From Torpedo marmorata (taxonomy: Eukaryota), in contig OZ360247.1 in NCBI GenBank assembly GCA_977017645.1, forward strand, positions 14,012,001 through 14,076,000: a stretch of 64,000 bases of DNA, written 5' to 3'. Each line of letters starts with the position of its first letter. Positions within the stretch are counted from its first letter, which is position 1. The notes beneath the pieces are model-generated. The model saw only the letters and a list, made by a program, of their open reading frames with translations. It searched no databases and had not been told where the DNA came from. Positions 33,214 to 46,658 of the stretch are shown here, one piece after another. The position numbers were made by a program, and so were the translations under genes.

Positions 33214-35713
33214 TATAACCATATAACATTTACAGCACAGAAACAGGCCAGTTCGGCCCTTCGAGTCCATGCCGAACACCTTCTCCCACCTAGTCCCACT
33301 GACCCGCACCCGGCCCATAACCCTCCACACCTCTCTTGTCCATATACCTATCTAACTTTTCCTTAAACATTAAAATTAAACCTGCATCTACCACTTCGGC
33401 CGGAAGCTCGTTCCACCCTCCTTCCACCCTCTGAGTGAAGAAATTCCCCCTCATGTTTCCTCTAAACTTTTCCCCCTTCAATCTCAATCCATGCCCTCTT
33501 GTTTGAATCTTCCCCTCTCTCAATGGAAAAAGCCTGTCCACATTGACTCTATCTTTCCCCTTCATAATTTTAAATACTTCTATCAAATCACCCCTCAACC
33601 TTCTACGCTCCAGGGAATAAAGTCCCAGCCTGTTCAACCTTTCCCTATAACTCAAACCCAGAAACCCAGGCAACATTCTTGTAAATCTCCTCTGCACTCT
33701 CTCTATTCTGTTTATATCCTTCCTGTAATTCGGCGACCAAAACTGCACACAATATTCCAAATTTGGCCTCACCAATGCCTTATACAACTTCAACATGACA
33801 TCCCAACTCCTATATTCAATACTCTGATTTATGAAGGCCAACATACCAAATGCCTTCTTCACCACTCTATCTACGTGTGACTCAACTTTCAGGGAATTAT
33901 GTACCAGAATTCCTAAATCCCTCTGTTCTACTGCACTTCTCAATTGTCTTCCATTTAACATGTATGACCTTTGCTGATTAATCCTACCAAAATGTAGCAC
34001 CTCACATTTATCAGTATTAAATTCCATCTGCCATGTTTCCGCCCACTCTTCTAACTGTCCAATATCCCCTTGCAAGCTTTGATACCCTTCGTCACTGTCC
34101 ACAACACCACCAATCTTCGTATCATCTGCATACTTACTAATCCAATTTACCACCCTATCATCTAGATCATTAATATACATGACAAACAACAATGGACCCA
34201 GTACCGATCCCTGAGGCATTCCACTAGTCACCGGCCTCCAATTTGACAAACAAGTTTCCTCCACTACTCTCTGGCATCTCCTATCCAACCATTGTTGAAT
34301 CCATTTCACTACTTCGTCGTTAATACCTAATGCTTGAACCTTCCTAACGAGCCTCTTATGCGGAACCTTGTCAAATGCCTTACTAAAGTCCATATAGACA
34401 ACATCCACAGCCTTCCCCTCGTCAACCCTCTTAGTAACCTCATCGAAAAACTCTATGAGATTTGTCAAACATGATCTACCATGAACAAAACCGTGTTGAC
34501 TACTCCTAATCAATGCTTGTCTTTCCAAACAACTGTATACACCATCTCTAAGAACACTCTCCATTAATTCACCCACTACCGATGTCAGACTCACAGGCCT
34601 ATAATTTCCAGGTTTACTTTTGGAGCCCTTCTTAAATAGCGGGACAACATGAGCTACCCTCCAAACCTCTGGCACCTCCCCCGTGGCCAGTGACATTTTA
34701 AATATTTCTGTCAGAGCCCCCACTATTTGTACACTAACCTCCCTCAGGGTCCTCGGGAATATCCTGTCAGGACCTGGAGATTTATCCACCTTTATACTCT
34801 TTAAAATAGCCAATACTACCTCCTCATTAATCTTTATATTATCCATGACTTCCCTGCCAGATTGCCTTACTTCACCTGGCTCAATATTCCTTTCCTTTGT
34901 AAATACTGAAGAAAAAAATTCATTTAAAATCTCCCCCATCTCCTCTGACTTCTCACATAGCCTACCCATCTGATCCTCAATGGGCCCAATTTTATCCCTC
35001 ACTATTCTTTTGCTTTTAATGTGCCTGTAGAAACCCTTTGGATTTATTTTTACCTTGCCTGCCAAAGCAGCCTCATATCTCCTTTTAGCCTTTCTAATTT
35101 CTTTCTTAAGATTTTATTTACACTCCTTATATTCCTCAAGGACCTCACCTATTCCCTGCTGTCTATACCTGTTGTACACATCCCTCTTCCTCCGAACCAA
35201 ATTCCCAATATCCTTTGAAAACCAAGGCTCCCTATATTTTCTAACTCTTCCTTTAATCCTCACAGGGACAAACCGACTCTGTACTCTCAAAATTTCCCCT
35301 TTGAATATCCTCCATTTATCTGTGACATCCTTTCCTAAAAATAAATTATCCCAATCCACACCCGCTAAATCCTTCCTCATCTCCTCAAAATTTGCCTTAT
35401 TCCAATCAAGAATCTCAACCTTAGGCCCAGCCCTATCCTTCTCCATTATCAACCTAAAACTAATGGTATTATGATCACTTGACCCAAAGTGTTCCCCAAC
35501 ACAAACCTCTGTCACCTGACCTATCTCGTTCCCAAATAGGAGATCCAATACTGCCCCCTCTCTCGTCGGTTCTTCTATGTATTGATTTAGAAAACTTTCC
35601 TGAACACATTTGACAAACTCCAACCCATCCTGCCCTATTATAGTATGGGCGTCCCAGTCAATATGTGGAAAGTTAAAATCACCTATAATCACCACCTTAT
35701 GCTTATTACACAT
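33214..35713 (-). mobile_element. Young 5'-truncated CR1 LINE: APE endonuclease C-terminal part, RT and C-terminus
   Basis: ORFs 35114-35713 (IIGDFNFPHIDW, GSSDHN) and 33290-35065 (QGSVLGP, YADD) are in the same frame, separated by a single TAA. An 8-bp repeat-type tail lies near 33214-33230. It sits inside an older CR1 3' end. Confidence 0.95.
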
Positions 35714-36608
35714 ATATTGAGATCTGATCTCAACTTCATTTTTTCCCCTTTTTTCTTGTAATCCTTGGTATTTTTATCCACCAAAAAATCTCTGAAGTGA
35801 GAGCTCCAATTGTCTAGGTATCCACAGCTTTCGGTGAAACAAAGTTCTAAATTTCTACCACTCATCTCCAAAGAATCCAGCATTTATTTTACAGTATTAA
35901 GGGTTAAATGAGGGGGGGGGGGATTTTGAATGGATAAGTCACAATGAGATAAATGGCTTCCCTCATCTGCAACTACCTGATGGACTTGCATCTGATCAGG
36001 AATCGCCCTTCAACGCATCTGTTTTAAACATTTTCAAAGGATTAAAAAGACTATTAAACAACTGAGAATTTAATCTGTGTGAACATTTATTTTGTCCCAT
36101 TAGACTACTAAATTGGGATTCCAGTTGGCTGAGGCTATATGGATGGTGATTGCCGTTCAAGGGCTCATTTCCAGCATCAATCAATTTGGATAAATATGGA
36201 CTGAGAATATGTTTTAGTAGGAATTATTTATTTTTTCAAATAGAGCTTATTTAGGGCAATTATCACTGCAGATGACTTTCTTTTTTTAAAAAAATGATGT
36301 AGGTTCTGGATGCCAGCATGGCTGTAAGAGGTACACAAAAGGCCCACATGGGATGGCAGTAACATTGCATTTTAAAGACCTGCACATTATGGACATTATG
36401 AAATGTTATTGCTCTGAGCTTCTTGAAGGAATGAATGAGTTAGTCACTGCTAGATTCATGTTATTCCAATGCAGTTTGGATAGATGGAAAATATATGTCA
36501 ATTCAGTTGACATATTTGGATCTTAGGATAAGAAAGTTTAGAAGTAGTTGTCACAGCTGTTGGCAAAACAGTTGAATTACTGAAGTCACCAAGTATTTTA
36601 ATCCTTAC

Positions 36609-36640
36609 CTTAGACTTCGCTGAATCACTAGTGGTTGAGT
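36609..36640 (-). CDS. ARHGAP23: ARHGAP23 32-nt exon ((D)STTSDSAKSK)
   Basis: ttttgttgaccttgcAG acceptor and AAG|gtaagg donor. Phase 1/0 joins the flanking exons in frame. Confidence 0.9.
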
Positions 36641-38839
36641 CTGCAAGGTCAACAAAAAAAAACATCAATTAGGAGCGACTCAGCTTATTAGTTACCACTG
36701 CAACATGATTAATGGTATGGGTTAGGATTCACATGACCAAACATAGCCAACGTAACAGGCCACAAATAAGAAGCACTCTCTGCAACATGGAGATCACAGC
36801 ATGGCAATGACCTTCAAAATTATAAGTATCTATTTGCATTTTCAGCATTTATTGTCATTATTGGTCATTCTAAATGATTTGAAGATTTTATGCTTAAAAC
36901 TGGAGAATGTGATGAAATAAATTGACCATAGACACATGCCTATGAGGATTTGTTTTTTGTTTAGTTATTGTAACTACCAAAAGATGTAATTTAAGTCACC
37001 AAAGCTGGTGGAAAAGAAGAAACCAGGTAATATAAGCATTTGAGCAGAGAGACTAAAGCAATTTAGATGCAGCAAATTTTACAACCTCCATCAATTTTTC
37101 ACAAAATATTTCACCTCAAACATCCAAAGCCTGAAAATGCAAATCTCTGATTATATGTAAGTGTATTTATTCAACACGTGCTCACATTAAGTCCAACACA
37201 AACATTCAGCCAAGCCCATCAGAAACTAACTATAATTAATTGTTAATACAGATCCTGCTCACTGGTTGTTTCTGCAAGGGAGGAATTTTCTGGACCTTTG
37301 AACATTGACGGCAACAGGCATCAGTGCAACGTCTCTGTTACAGTGAGTAGCAACATGTTACCTTCCCTCTGAAGTGAAGCCTAGCTGAATGATTTCTCAG
37401 AATCTATAAGCATTGTTTAGTGATCTACTTTATTTCTGCTGCGACTTCTTACATACACCAATGCTGGCAGAACAAAGCACACTCTTGGCCCAGATTCTGG
37501 TAGTGTCACTCAGTTAGTGAGGTACACCCTTATCGGATTTATGTTCCCTTTGCTCTTTCTGCCTCCTTCTGTGGGGAAAGATTTGGCTTCCAGTTGGCCT
37601 CTATCTTTCATCATAAATTAGAAGCTTGCCATTGAAGCATGACACATCAACTCTCCCACGAGATGGTGCATCACTGCAATACAATACTGCATGCTGCCTG
37701 TTCCAAGCCCACCAGCAAGATTCACAGCTTTTGATTAAGGGACAGACTTAATTGCTATTATCACCTGCTACATTCTGCATCCAACCAACTCACACCATTC
37801 TGTAATCCCAAGATCATAACGTGCAGGAGAAATTATGCCATATAGGACGTGTACAGGTGATAAGTACACATGGTTCTAAATCCCATTGAGTGAATTGCTG
37901 TGTTCGGACAGTCATGGAAACGGGTCATTCAACCAACCCCATCCATGCCAACCAGTGCGGACCCATCCACAATAACCCCATCTTGCAGCACTTGGCCAAC
38001 ATCCTTTTACACCCAGGGATTCAAGTGCTCATTTGGATACTAGTTATGGGAATCCTATCACAAAAAAACTTAATTGGCCACAGAATGCTTTGGGGGCCCC
38101 AAGGCTGTGAAAGGGAGTTAGATCTCATTATGTTTAAGGGACTGACATCAACTGTTAGGAAGTGTTTTTCGTTGCTTCTCCGAAAACTGGACCAACTAAC
38201 ACATGGACAGACCAAGGAGAGTTGGAAGTCTCACTGATCCTCTCTGTTCTGTGTAAAACCTAATCATCTGCGAGATGTTGTTTAACACCAAATATTCAGA
38301 AGAATCATTTATGTCAGAACATTAATAATTCAGTGACTGCTATCAGAAAAGTAAGCTACACATTCAGATAGATAAATCTTTCAGAATGTACATGCTCTTT
38401 TTTAACATGATATTTCATTGGATGATAGGATGCTTTGATCTGGCACCAACTGTCAGCACCCAGTTTAGGTAACTGGGAAGCCAAAGAGAGAATAAATATC
38501 CTTCTAACTATCTCACTCTAACTACCTATCAGTTCTTTTCACATTACCCAGTGTAAATGTTTTCATGTTCCACATCAGTCATCTAAACAAGACCATTTAA
38601 TTCAGAGATTGGTTATTTGTGTTGTGGCCCACACCCAAGCTCTGGATTAGAATTGCCTCAAAACTCATTTTACATGGCAGCCAAAGTGAATGGATGTAAA
38701 TTCAGATCCTGTACCACAATTTTTAATATTAATGTACACTTAAAAATTCCGAAATAATTTATTATTTACATAACAATTTTATAGCATTGGCTGCAACACC
38801 TCAGTAAACACACTCCATTTAAAATTAACAACAAGGTCA

Positions 38840-39330
38840 GAGTAATAGAGCACAGAACAGGGCCTTTGGCCCAACTCCTCCAAGCCGACCATTCTGGGCT
38901 CATTCCATTCGCCTGCATTTGGTCTGTATCCTTCTTAGCCCTTCCTATCCATATATTTTTCCAAATGGCTTTTGAATGTTGAAAATTGTGCCCACTTCCA
39001 CAGTTCCCTCTGGCAGCTCATTCCAGATGCAGACCACCCTCTGAGTGAAATGTTTGCTCCTCAGGTACTTCTTGTATCCCTCCCCTCTCACCTTAGACCA
39101 ATGCCCACTAGATCTAGATTTGTCTACCTTGAGAAAAAGAGTGGGAAGCAACCACTTTATCCCCACCCTTCATATAAACAAACCTCTATAAGATCACCCC
39201 TCAGCGTCATACACTTGAGGGAATAAGGACCCAATCTATCTAACCCCTCCATATAACTCATGCCCTCTAGACCCAGAAACATCCTGGTGAAACTCAAGCC
39301 CTCTAGACCCAGCAACATGCTGGAGTCTAT
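38840..39330 (-). mobile_element. Decayed CR1 3' fragment
   Basis: FTRMFLGLEGMSY, LRGDLIEV, FTQRVVCIWNELP. Includes a short internal duplication near 39260-39325. Confidence 0.8.
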
Positions 39331-40256
39331 ATAAGTTGTTAATGAAGAGAGGAGAATGAAAATGTGCTCCATAAACAGGGAAAATATCTCTAAGATTAAC
39401 AGAAACTTTACTGATTCTCCTGAGCCATAGAATTCAGGCTTATTTGCCAATTTGGTATGTTTTTTGGCCATCCAATCTTAAGTAAGCAAATGGAAGTGAA
39501 CAGAAAGTGACACATTCCCTCTGGACAGAAACAAAATGGCTTAGACATTCTTTCACAGCCGAAAAGGGAAGCGAAAGTAGTGCTGTGGAAGGGCATGCAC
39601 AAGTACCATGGAAAGAAACCAATCAGTTGAGTTGTATTGTGTATAACTCCCAAGGAGATAGTATGAGATAGTAGGGCAATTCATCTGGTAATTATCCCTT
39701 ATTTTGGAGCTACATGGCTTCCTGGTATCTTTTCTCAATGGACTAACCAGAATTAGGGACCAACTGCTCTCTCTTAGAAATTCACCTAGAGTAAGAAAGC
39801 TCAAAGATTAATTTTGAGAAAAATATATCCACCAGCAAGTTTCATTTTTAAGTTGCTCATTTCTCACAGTGTCAATACTGTTTCAAGGTTAGAGGATTCA
39901 AATTTAGAGAATGAAATATTGTTCACATAAAGCAAAGCTGCTCTCAATTAAAATTGTTAATATTAGGACTTCACACAGCAGACAAGAAAGCCGGAATTGG
40001 AGTATGAAGCATGAAAAAGTAGTGGAATTAAGGCAGAGTGCAAACTATATTCTAAAAAATTCTCCAAATATTAAAAACCTACACATGCCTCTTTAAAAGG
40101 TTTGCCCCAACTAAACAAACAACGAATTACACTTTTAATCCTCCCACCTCAGCAGAGTGAAATATTCTTCTCTATCATCACCTCACAAGAACAAAATTAC
40201 AGGAGGGGCAATACTCAAACAAAATACCTGATACTCAAAGAAGTAAGTTAAAATTG

Positions 40257-40853
40257 TTTCTCTACATTGGAGAGACCGGTCGCAGATTGGGAGATCGCTT
40301 CGCTGAACACCTCCTCTCCATCTGCAACAACAGCGATCTCCCAGTAGCCAACTATTTCAATTCTGAGTCACACTCCCAGACTCACATGTCTGTCCATGGC
40401 CTTATGTACTATCCCACCCTGACCACTCGCAGATTGGAGGAACAACACCTTATTTTTCGTCTGGGCGCTCTCCAGCCAGATGGCATTAACATTGACTTCT
40501 CTGCTTTCTGCTGAACTTGCTCACCTTTTCTTTCCCCTCCCCCTTTCCTGTCTTTCCAGTTCTCCCCTCCCTTCCCCCTTCCCCACCCAGCCATCCCTCC
40601 TCCCCCTCATTGCTGCTGTCTCCTCCCTCCTTTCTCCACCTATCATCTCCTGCTTTTGCCACCCCCCCCTACCTTTTTGTTCGGACGCCTGCCGGCATTT
40701 TCTCATACTTTGATGAAGGGCTCAAGCCCGAAACGTCGGTTATGTATTTTTACCTTTGCTACATAAAGGACACTGTTTGACCTGCTGAGCTTCTCCAGCA
40801 TTTTGTGTTTTTACTTCAACCACGGTGTCTACAGATTTTCGTGATTTACTTTT
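40257..40853 (+). mobile_element. 5'-truncated Penelope-like element: GIY-YIG endonuclease C-terminus, pLTR with hammerhead, and tail
   Basis: LYIGETGRRLGDRFAEH...EEQHLIFRLGALQPDGINID. 13-bp TSD TAAGTTAAAATTG (40244-56 / 40854-66). Confidence 0.92.
40704..40744 (+). ncRNA. Minimal type I hammerhead ribozyme motif in a PLE pLTR
   Basis: CAUACU-UUGAUGA-A-GGGC(UCAA)GCCC-GAAAC-GUC-GGUUAUG: catalytic core, stem II, palindromic ACGU stem III and stem I. PLE-borne minimal hammerheads are established. Confidence 0.75.
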
Positions 40854-41783
40854 TAAGTTAAAATTGAATTGGATAAATAGCGTCTGATGTATTTTTCAAT
40901 GAAAATGCTACCCTATGATCTTTTAAATTATAACTATGTTTTTAATTGTATTATGTTGTGGGAACCCATCATATTTAGGGGGGAAATATTAAAATTCACA
41001 TAAAATATTGGACTGGCCACCATGGTCCATCTTGTCCATCCTCTTCTAGGGAAGACGAAAATGAGGCAAACAACTGAATCAACACCAGCATATATCCACC
41101 TGTGATGCAGTTTAAATCTATCACTTTCAATCAATTAGGTAAAATAATATGATGAAATGGCGCTTAGGCAATTTCTGCCGGTGGCGAATCTGTCTGCCTT
41201 GCAGCAGGCAAAAAGAAATTTCATGGAATATGACACTGTCTTATTACTGTGACAATAAATTGAATCTTGAATCTTGACTGTGCTGACTTGGCAATAGAAT
41301 GCAACCACCAACTACTCCCATTCTGACATCTCTTGACGTAATTTGGAGCCTCGGAGCTTTCCAAGTCTGCAACTTGTTTCAACAGGTTTGTCCTTGCTAA
41401 ATAATGAATAGATTGCCCATTTATTACCTTAACTGACTGCTATGATATGTACATTAACTGGGGAAGGTAGATTGGGTGTGTCAGCAATTCACTACCAAAC
41501 GATTATATTAATTTTGCTTTTTAACAATGTTCCTCTATACTTGAATCATGGTGAAAGAAACATGAAGGACAAAAAGCAATCCCCACTTTGATAGAAGGTC
41601 CAATCTTGGATGTGGATTTTTAAAAAAATTACAATGATGGTTTTCTATAGAACTGAAGAATCAAAGCAATGTCTTACTTACAATTGGTTCAGTGACTGAG
41701 CTATCACAAAACCTCTAGGATAAAGAATAGTCGCACTGTCTTTACTTCCACTGATTCCGTGGACCAAATTAGAAATATATGAG

Positions 41784-41833
41784 TAAAAACACAAAGCTGG
41801 AGAAACTCAGCAGGTCAAGCAGTGTCCTTTATA
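41784..41833 (-). mobile_element. 50-bp Penelope pLTR-end insertion
   Basis: Matches the pLTR terminus. 14-bp TSD TAGAAATATATGAG (41770-83 / 41834-47). Confidence 0.8.
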
Positions 41834-41860
41834 TAGAAATATATGAGGCCTGTTACCTTT

Positions 41861-41898
41861 CCTATAATGAACATTCCATCCTATAATGAACATTCCAT
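41861..41898 (+). repeat. Perfect 19-bp tandem duplication CCTATAATGAACATTCCAT x2
   Basis: Directly visible. Confidence 0.9.
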
Positions 41899-43379
41899 CA
41901 GCCCAGTCCATGGGTCAGGTGTGAGACTTGTGGTATGCAACAAATGTCTCCATATAATTATCTATAGCTGCTGTATGATCAACATTGCAGTGCACACCCC
42001 AATAGTTCTGATATGATCCAAGATGTAGGAAAGGACTCTTTCTCATGATGTCAATAATAAATAATCCTACAACTGTGATTCTATAGCTTACACTCTGCAT
42101 GAGAATGGTAACTGTAGCCGCAATCATAAGAAAGAGTGGATGTGATCTGGGTTTTGGAATACAATCTGGTACAACACCAGAAGCTTACAAACTTTAAGAG
42201 CAACAAGAGGACTGTTCCATTTAGTGCCAAATGGCAAAATAAACCATAAAAACCTTTTCAATTACATTGAGGTGAGATGGCCAGGAGGAGTCTGGGGATG
42301 GAAAAATAGGCAGTATTTAATTTATGTCTGCTAAAACTGCAAATAAAATTCCATGGTTATATGTATTAGGTGTAAATTATAGCCAAAGTTTGATGGACAA
42401 TGCCAAGTTTCATTTTTCTATTAACTGTTTGTGCAGAGGTTATTTATGGATGGGTGGATCTCTGAAAATCATCCGTAAGTTCATGTTTGCATGCATGCAG
42501 GAGCTGTATAATGTTAACACAGCACACTACACGCAGGTAAACACTTCCAGTTGGGATAACTTCTGAAAATAATCGGATGAATTACTTTACTGAGAGTTGC
42601 AATATATTCAAAGCTAAATTAGAAAACAATACTTAAGTAGACATTAACTCGGTATAACCAGCCATTCAAAAGTAAATTTTGCTGAAAAAATATAAAATGC
42701 AATTTTGTGTTTGCTTTAAACCTGCCAGTTCATGCTTTTTCTTAATTTGTGCCTTGTGCATTTTTGGAACATGCACACAATATTGCAGATTATGCACAGA
42801 CCCGAGTCTCATCCACTCTCTTCTCATGATGAACAAACATTTCTTTTTAACAGAACATTACAACAGAGGAGCTAGATCATACCCAGTTTTATTTCTCCAC
42901 GAGGTCTGCTTTAGAAACAAGAAATAGTAGAGAGATTGTAAGGAAACACCCAACACAGAGAGGAAATCGGAAAAGAACAGCAAAAAAATCTAAGATTCCT
43001 TAACTTCCTCAGCCTTATCACTTGTATGTAGCTCAGAACACATATTATTTATATTTTATTAAAAATAACTAGATTCCTATTTAGGTTTGCCTACTTGCAA
43101 CTTAACATGGTGTGAGGGAACCTTCCACTGATACACTGTGAAATGGATAGAGGGGTATTCCTGTTTGAAATACCCATAATTCCACACAAGTGTTAACACC
43201 TACATTTCATCCCTCACCCTGGCTGTAACATCACCAGTCTGAGCAATTTGGGCTTCTATTTCTTTGTCAAAAATTCTATACTTACCTACTTATAAAAACT
43301 GTAATTTTATTTAATTTTGAAATGAGATTTATAAATAAACAGATCATTTTAAAAGACTCTTTAAATCATTCTCTGAAGG

Positions 43380-43980
43380 TGGCAAATAGGTTTTTGGAAG
43401 AGGCCTAGAGTACAACAGTAAGAAAGTCATAAAATTATTTCCATAAAATATTGGTTTGGATGGAAATCAAAGATTGTCTCCAATTCTGGGTGCCATCCTT
43501 TAAGAAAGATGCAAATGGTTTTGAAAAAAAAATAACCAAAATGGTGCCTTGGATGGAAGATGTTGGTGATGTGGAGAAACTGGGGTCATTCTCCTTGGAA
43601 TAGGGGAGGCTGCGTGGCGATGTGATTGAAATGAAGGATATGGGCAAAGTGGATGGAGAAAAACTATTACCATTAGCGGAGCAGTGAAGAACTAGGGGAC
43701 ATGGAATGTAGGTGGTTATTGGCAAAAGAACCAAAGCTGACACAAGGAATTTTTTTTTTTTCATTTAATGAGTGGTTACGGTCGGGAATGCACTGACAGA
43801 GATCAAGGGAAACACTTAAATGCAGCACTCAAAAGGAAGCTAGCTCCGTATCTGAAAGGGCAAAATGTGCAGGGCTAAGCAGTGAGACTGAGGTGGGAGC
43901 AGTTTGATTGTTCTTACTGAGTTCTGCTATGAACTCAACAGGCCAAACGGCCTTTATCCATGCTGTAAACATTCTATGAT
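43380..43980 (+). mobile_element. Old CR1 3' fragment
   Basis: Degenerate CR1 C-terminus and ggcc..gctgta..attctatga tail. Confidence 0.6.
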
Positions 43981-43994
43981 AGGCGAAGAATGGG

Positions 43995-44326
43995 AATACA
44001 GTACTGTAGTGGTCATGTTACTTAATGATCAAGAAGCTTGGGTTAATGTTCTAGAGATTAGCTAAGATTCATTCCACTAGTTTGAGAACGTAACAAAAAT
44101 ATGTGAAGCGAACATGAAATTGTTTGCATTATTGTAAAAATCCAACGGTTCAGTGATGTTCTGTTGGGAGGGAAGCATGCTCCCCTCACCTAGTCGGGAC
44201 TTTGTGCAAATCACCTAGGTGATTCTTAACTGTTGTAGCCCAGCTAGCCCCTCAGTTCTATCTGGTGATTGGTAATAAATGCTGGGTTTGTCACCTATGG
44301 CTCAAATAGAGAATGAATAAAAAAAA
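43995..44326 (+). mobile_element. Old SINE of a second family (3' end AATAAATGCTGG...GAATGAATAAAA)
   Basis: Resembles a common elasmobranch SINE (gtaaaaa.cca..ggttca.t.atgt...gggaagg core, recalled). Related 3' ends occur near 8200-8250 and 48200-48250. Confidence 0.5.
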
Positions 44327-46480
44327 GACAGAATTCCCTGTCCTACCTTCTGTTATTAAGATCTCCTTCACAAAAACTATCCAAGGCACACTTTTTTTTT
44401 GACATCAGAACAGCATAAGCAAGACTCTACACGTTGGGGTTTTGGATATTTTACAATGTTATAAATGCAAGTTGTTCAAAACACCCATTAAAAAAAAGAC
44501 CAATAATCCTGATTTTACTGTAAAGGGTCAATGTTTTTGTGCTTACTGGCCTGCCAATGGATTTAGAATGACTACTGATTTGCTTGTTATTACGAAACTG
44601 GATTTTAAATACTGCCAGAATTAACTTGTACTTTACATATCACCCAATTTCAACCACTATCCAAAGTTTTTAATGTTTAAAAAATTTGCACGCCAAGTTA
44701 TTCCATTCAAACATTACAATAGCTTGTTATAACAATTAAGGGTATTTAGAAATTCACAAATGGTACTTTTGTTTCACTCAGTGACAATGGTGTCAGCAAA
44801 GATAGACCAGTAAAGCTATTAGAAGAGCACATGCAGTAAAAACCTAAAGAGAACACACATAAAAGAAAGAAAGGCGCCTGTTTTGATGCAATTTTCAGAT
44901 CATTGTATAACCCATTCCTGGACAGCCTGAATGTTCATCAGCCATTGTACCAGATTCTGCTGAAAATGTAAATTATTGGTTTGAATTATTTGACTTTTTA
45001 AAATGTACAAATGAGTTAAAATCATTCACATACAGCAAAACACATGCAATGCTGTTATCATAAATCACAATTGATGCAAACTTCATAGAGTACTATGATT
45101 CACAATTTTTCAAGAGCATCATCAGTGACCTAACTACTGTAACCAGATAATACTTTGGCTGAAAAATAACTAAACCCACAATTCCAGTGGGTGCTGACTT
45201 CATGTGAATGTTTGGCATGCTCATTTGAAATTTCTCTCTGGACAATTTGGAGTTGCATATTGACTCATTTATTGAAAACAAGTTAAAACCTACATTAAAA
45301 TAGCAGAGATCAAGAACATTAAGCTTCGTTCCAAGATCAGTTTGCCCATTTGCCAAACATGCACTTCATCTAATCCTCAATGTTGCATTCCATAGGCTAT
45401 GATTGACAGCATGAGGAAGATCCAACACTTAATGTCAGCCAAGACTGGAATCTGAACATGGCTGCTTCAGCCAGCACTAATAGTTGGGCCATCAGCCAAC
45501 TTGTTCATAAGTCATGTAAAAAGATTTTCCTGGCACTGCAAATATTACAAGTGGCAGGGCATGCTTCACAAGTGAAATTGTGACTGCTCTTGCAGCTGAA
45601 CCATTATAATTTCATCAGTGAGAAAAAAATGCCAGTTCAAGAGCGACTTTCAGATGAACTTTGAATAATTAGTGTGAACAGGAGGATAATTCTTTGCAAG
45701 CATGCTATGCACCACTGTTAATATCGGGAATCCTGGCCACATTAAATCAAAAAAGAAAAAGACTTTTTATTCTTCCCAGTTTCTCTAGATAATAATATTG
45801 AAGGGAATGTTAAAAGGACTGTTTGATTCACTAGAGAGCCTGGCACCAATGCAATGATTGGGAAATGACCAAAGTCATCAGGCTTACATTGGTAAATGAA
45901 CTGAAACGTTGATTGCTTAACCCTATTCCTATGACTTCAGGTTACATTGGTTTGCACTGAACTATGCAAGAATCATGTCTGCAACTTACATATTGGGTAG
46001 AGATATTTGGACAATGTCATGGCATGCCAAATCATGTGCCAAAATGACCACGTAAGGAAAATAGCGTGGTCTTGTTAAGCGACTTTATATATTATTAACA
46101 TTTCTTGTTAATTTGAAAACCTATAAGTACAGGCATGAATGTAAACAATTCCCTATAACATGGATAGGCTGTAAACATTGTAACGACCAAAAACCAATGG
46201 AAATTCCTTCATATAGTTGTGAATTATGCACAACTATATGTTCAGTGCTAATAGTAATATTCTACTCAAGAAATCAAGCCAATAGTTTGCTTGTAACCAA
46301 GCAAACCAATTACTTTGACCTGACAATCTCAAATTCAGCAACTCTGTTAGAAACATCAAAACAAAACAAAGAATGAAAAGCAAATCAAAAAGAAAAAAAA
46401 ATTGCAAATCTGAAATTAAAACAAAAGATGCTGACCAGACAGGTCATTCAGCTTCTGTGAAAGTGAAACAGAGTTAACGT

Positions 46481-46658
46481 CCTTTGTTCGGACGTCTGCC
46501 GGCATTTTCTCATACTTTGAAGAAGGGCTCAAGCCTGAAACGTCAGTTATGTATTTCTACCTTTGCTACATAAAAGACACTGTTTGACCTGCTGAGTTCT
46601 CCAGCATTTGTGTTTTTTACTACATTATTACGGTGTCTACAGATTTTCGTGTTTACTT
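46481..46658 (+). mobile_element. Penelope pLTR fragment with hammerhead motif (46511-46551), inserted in an older PLE-derived inverted repeat (about 46400-46935)
   Basis: pLTR plus tail. TSD CAGAGTTAA(C/T)GT (46469-80 / 46659-70). Confidence 0.85.
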
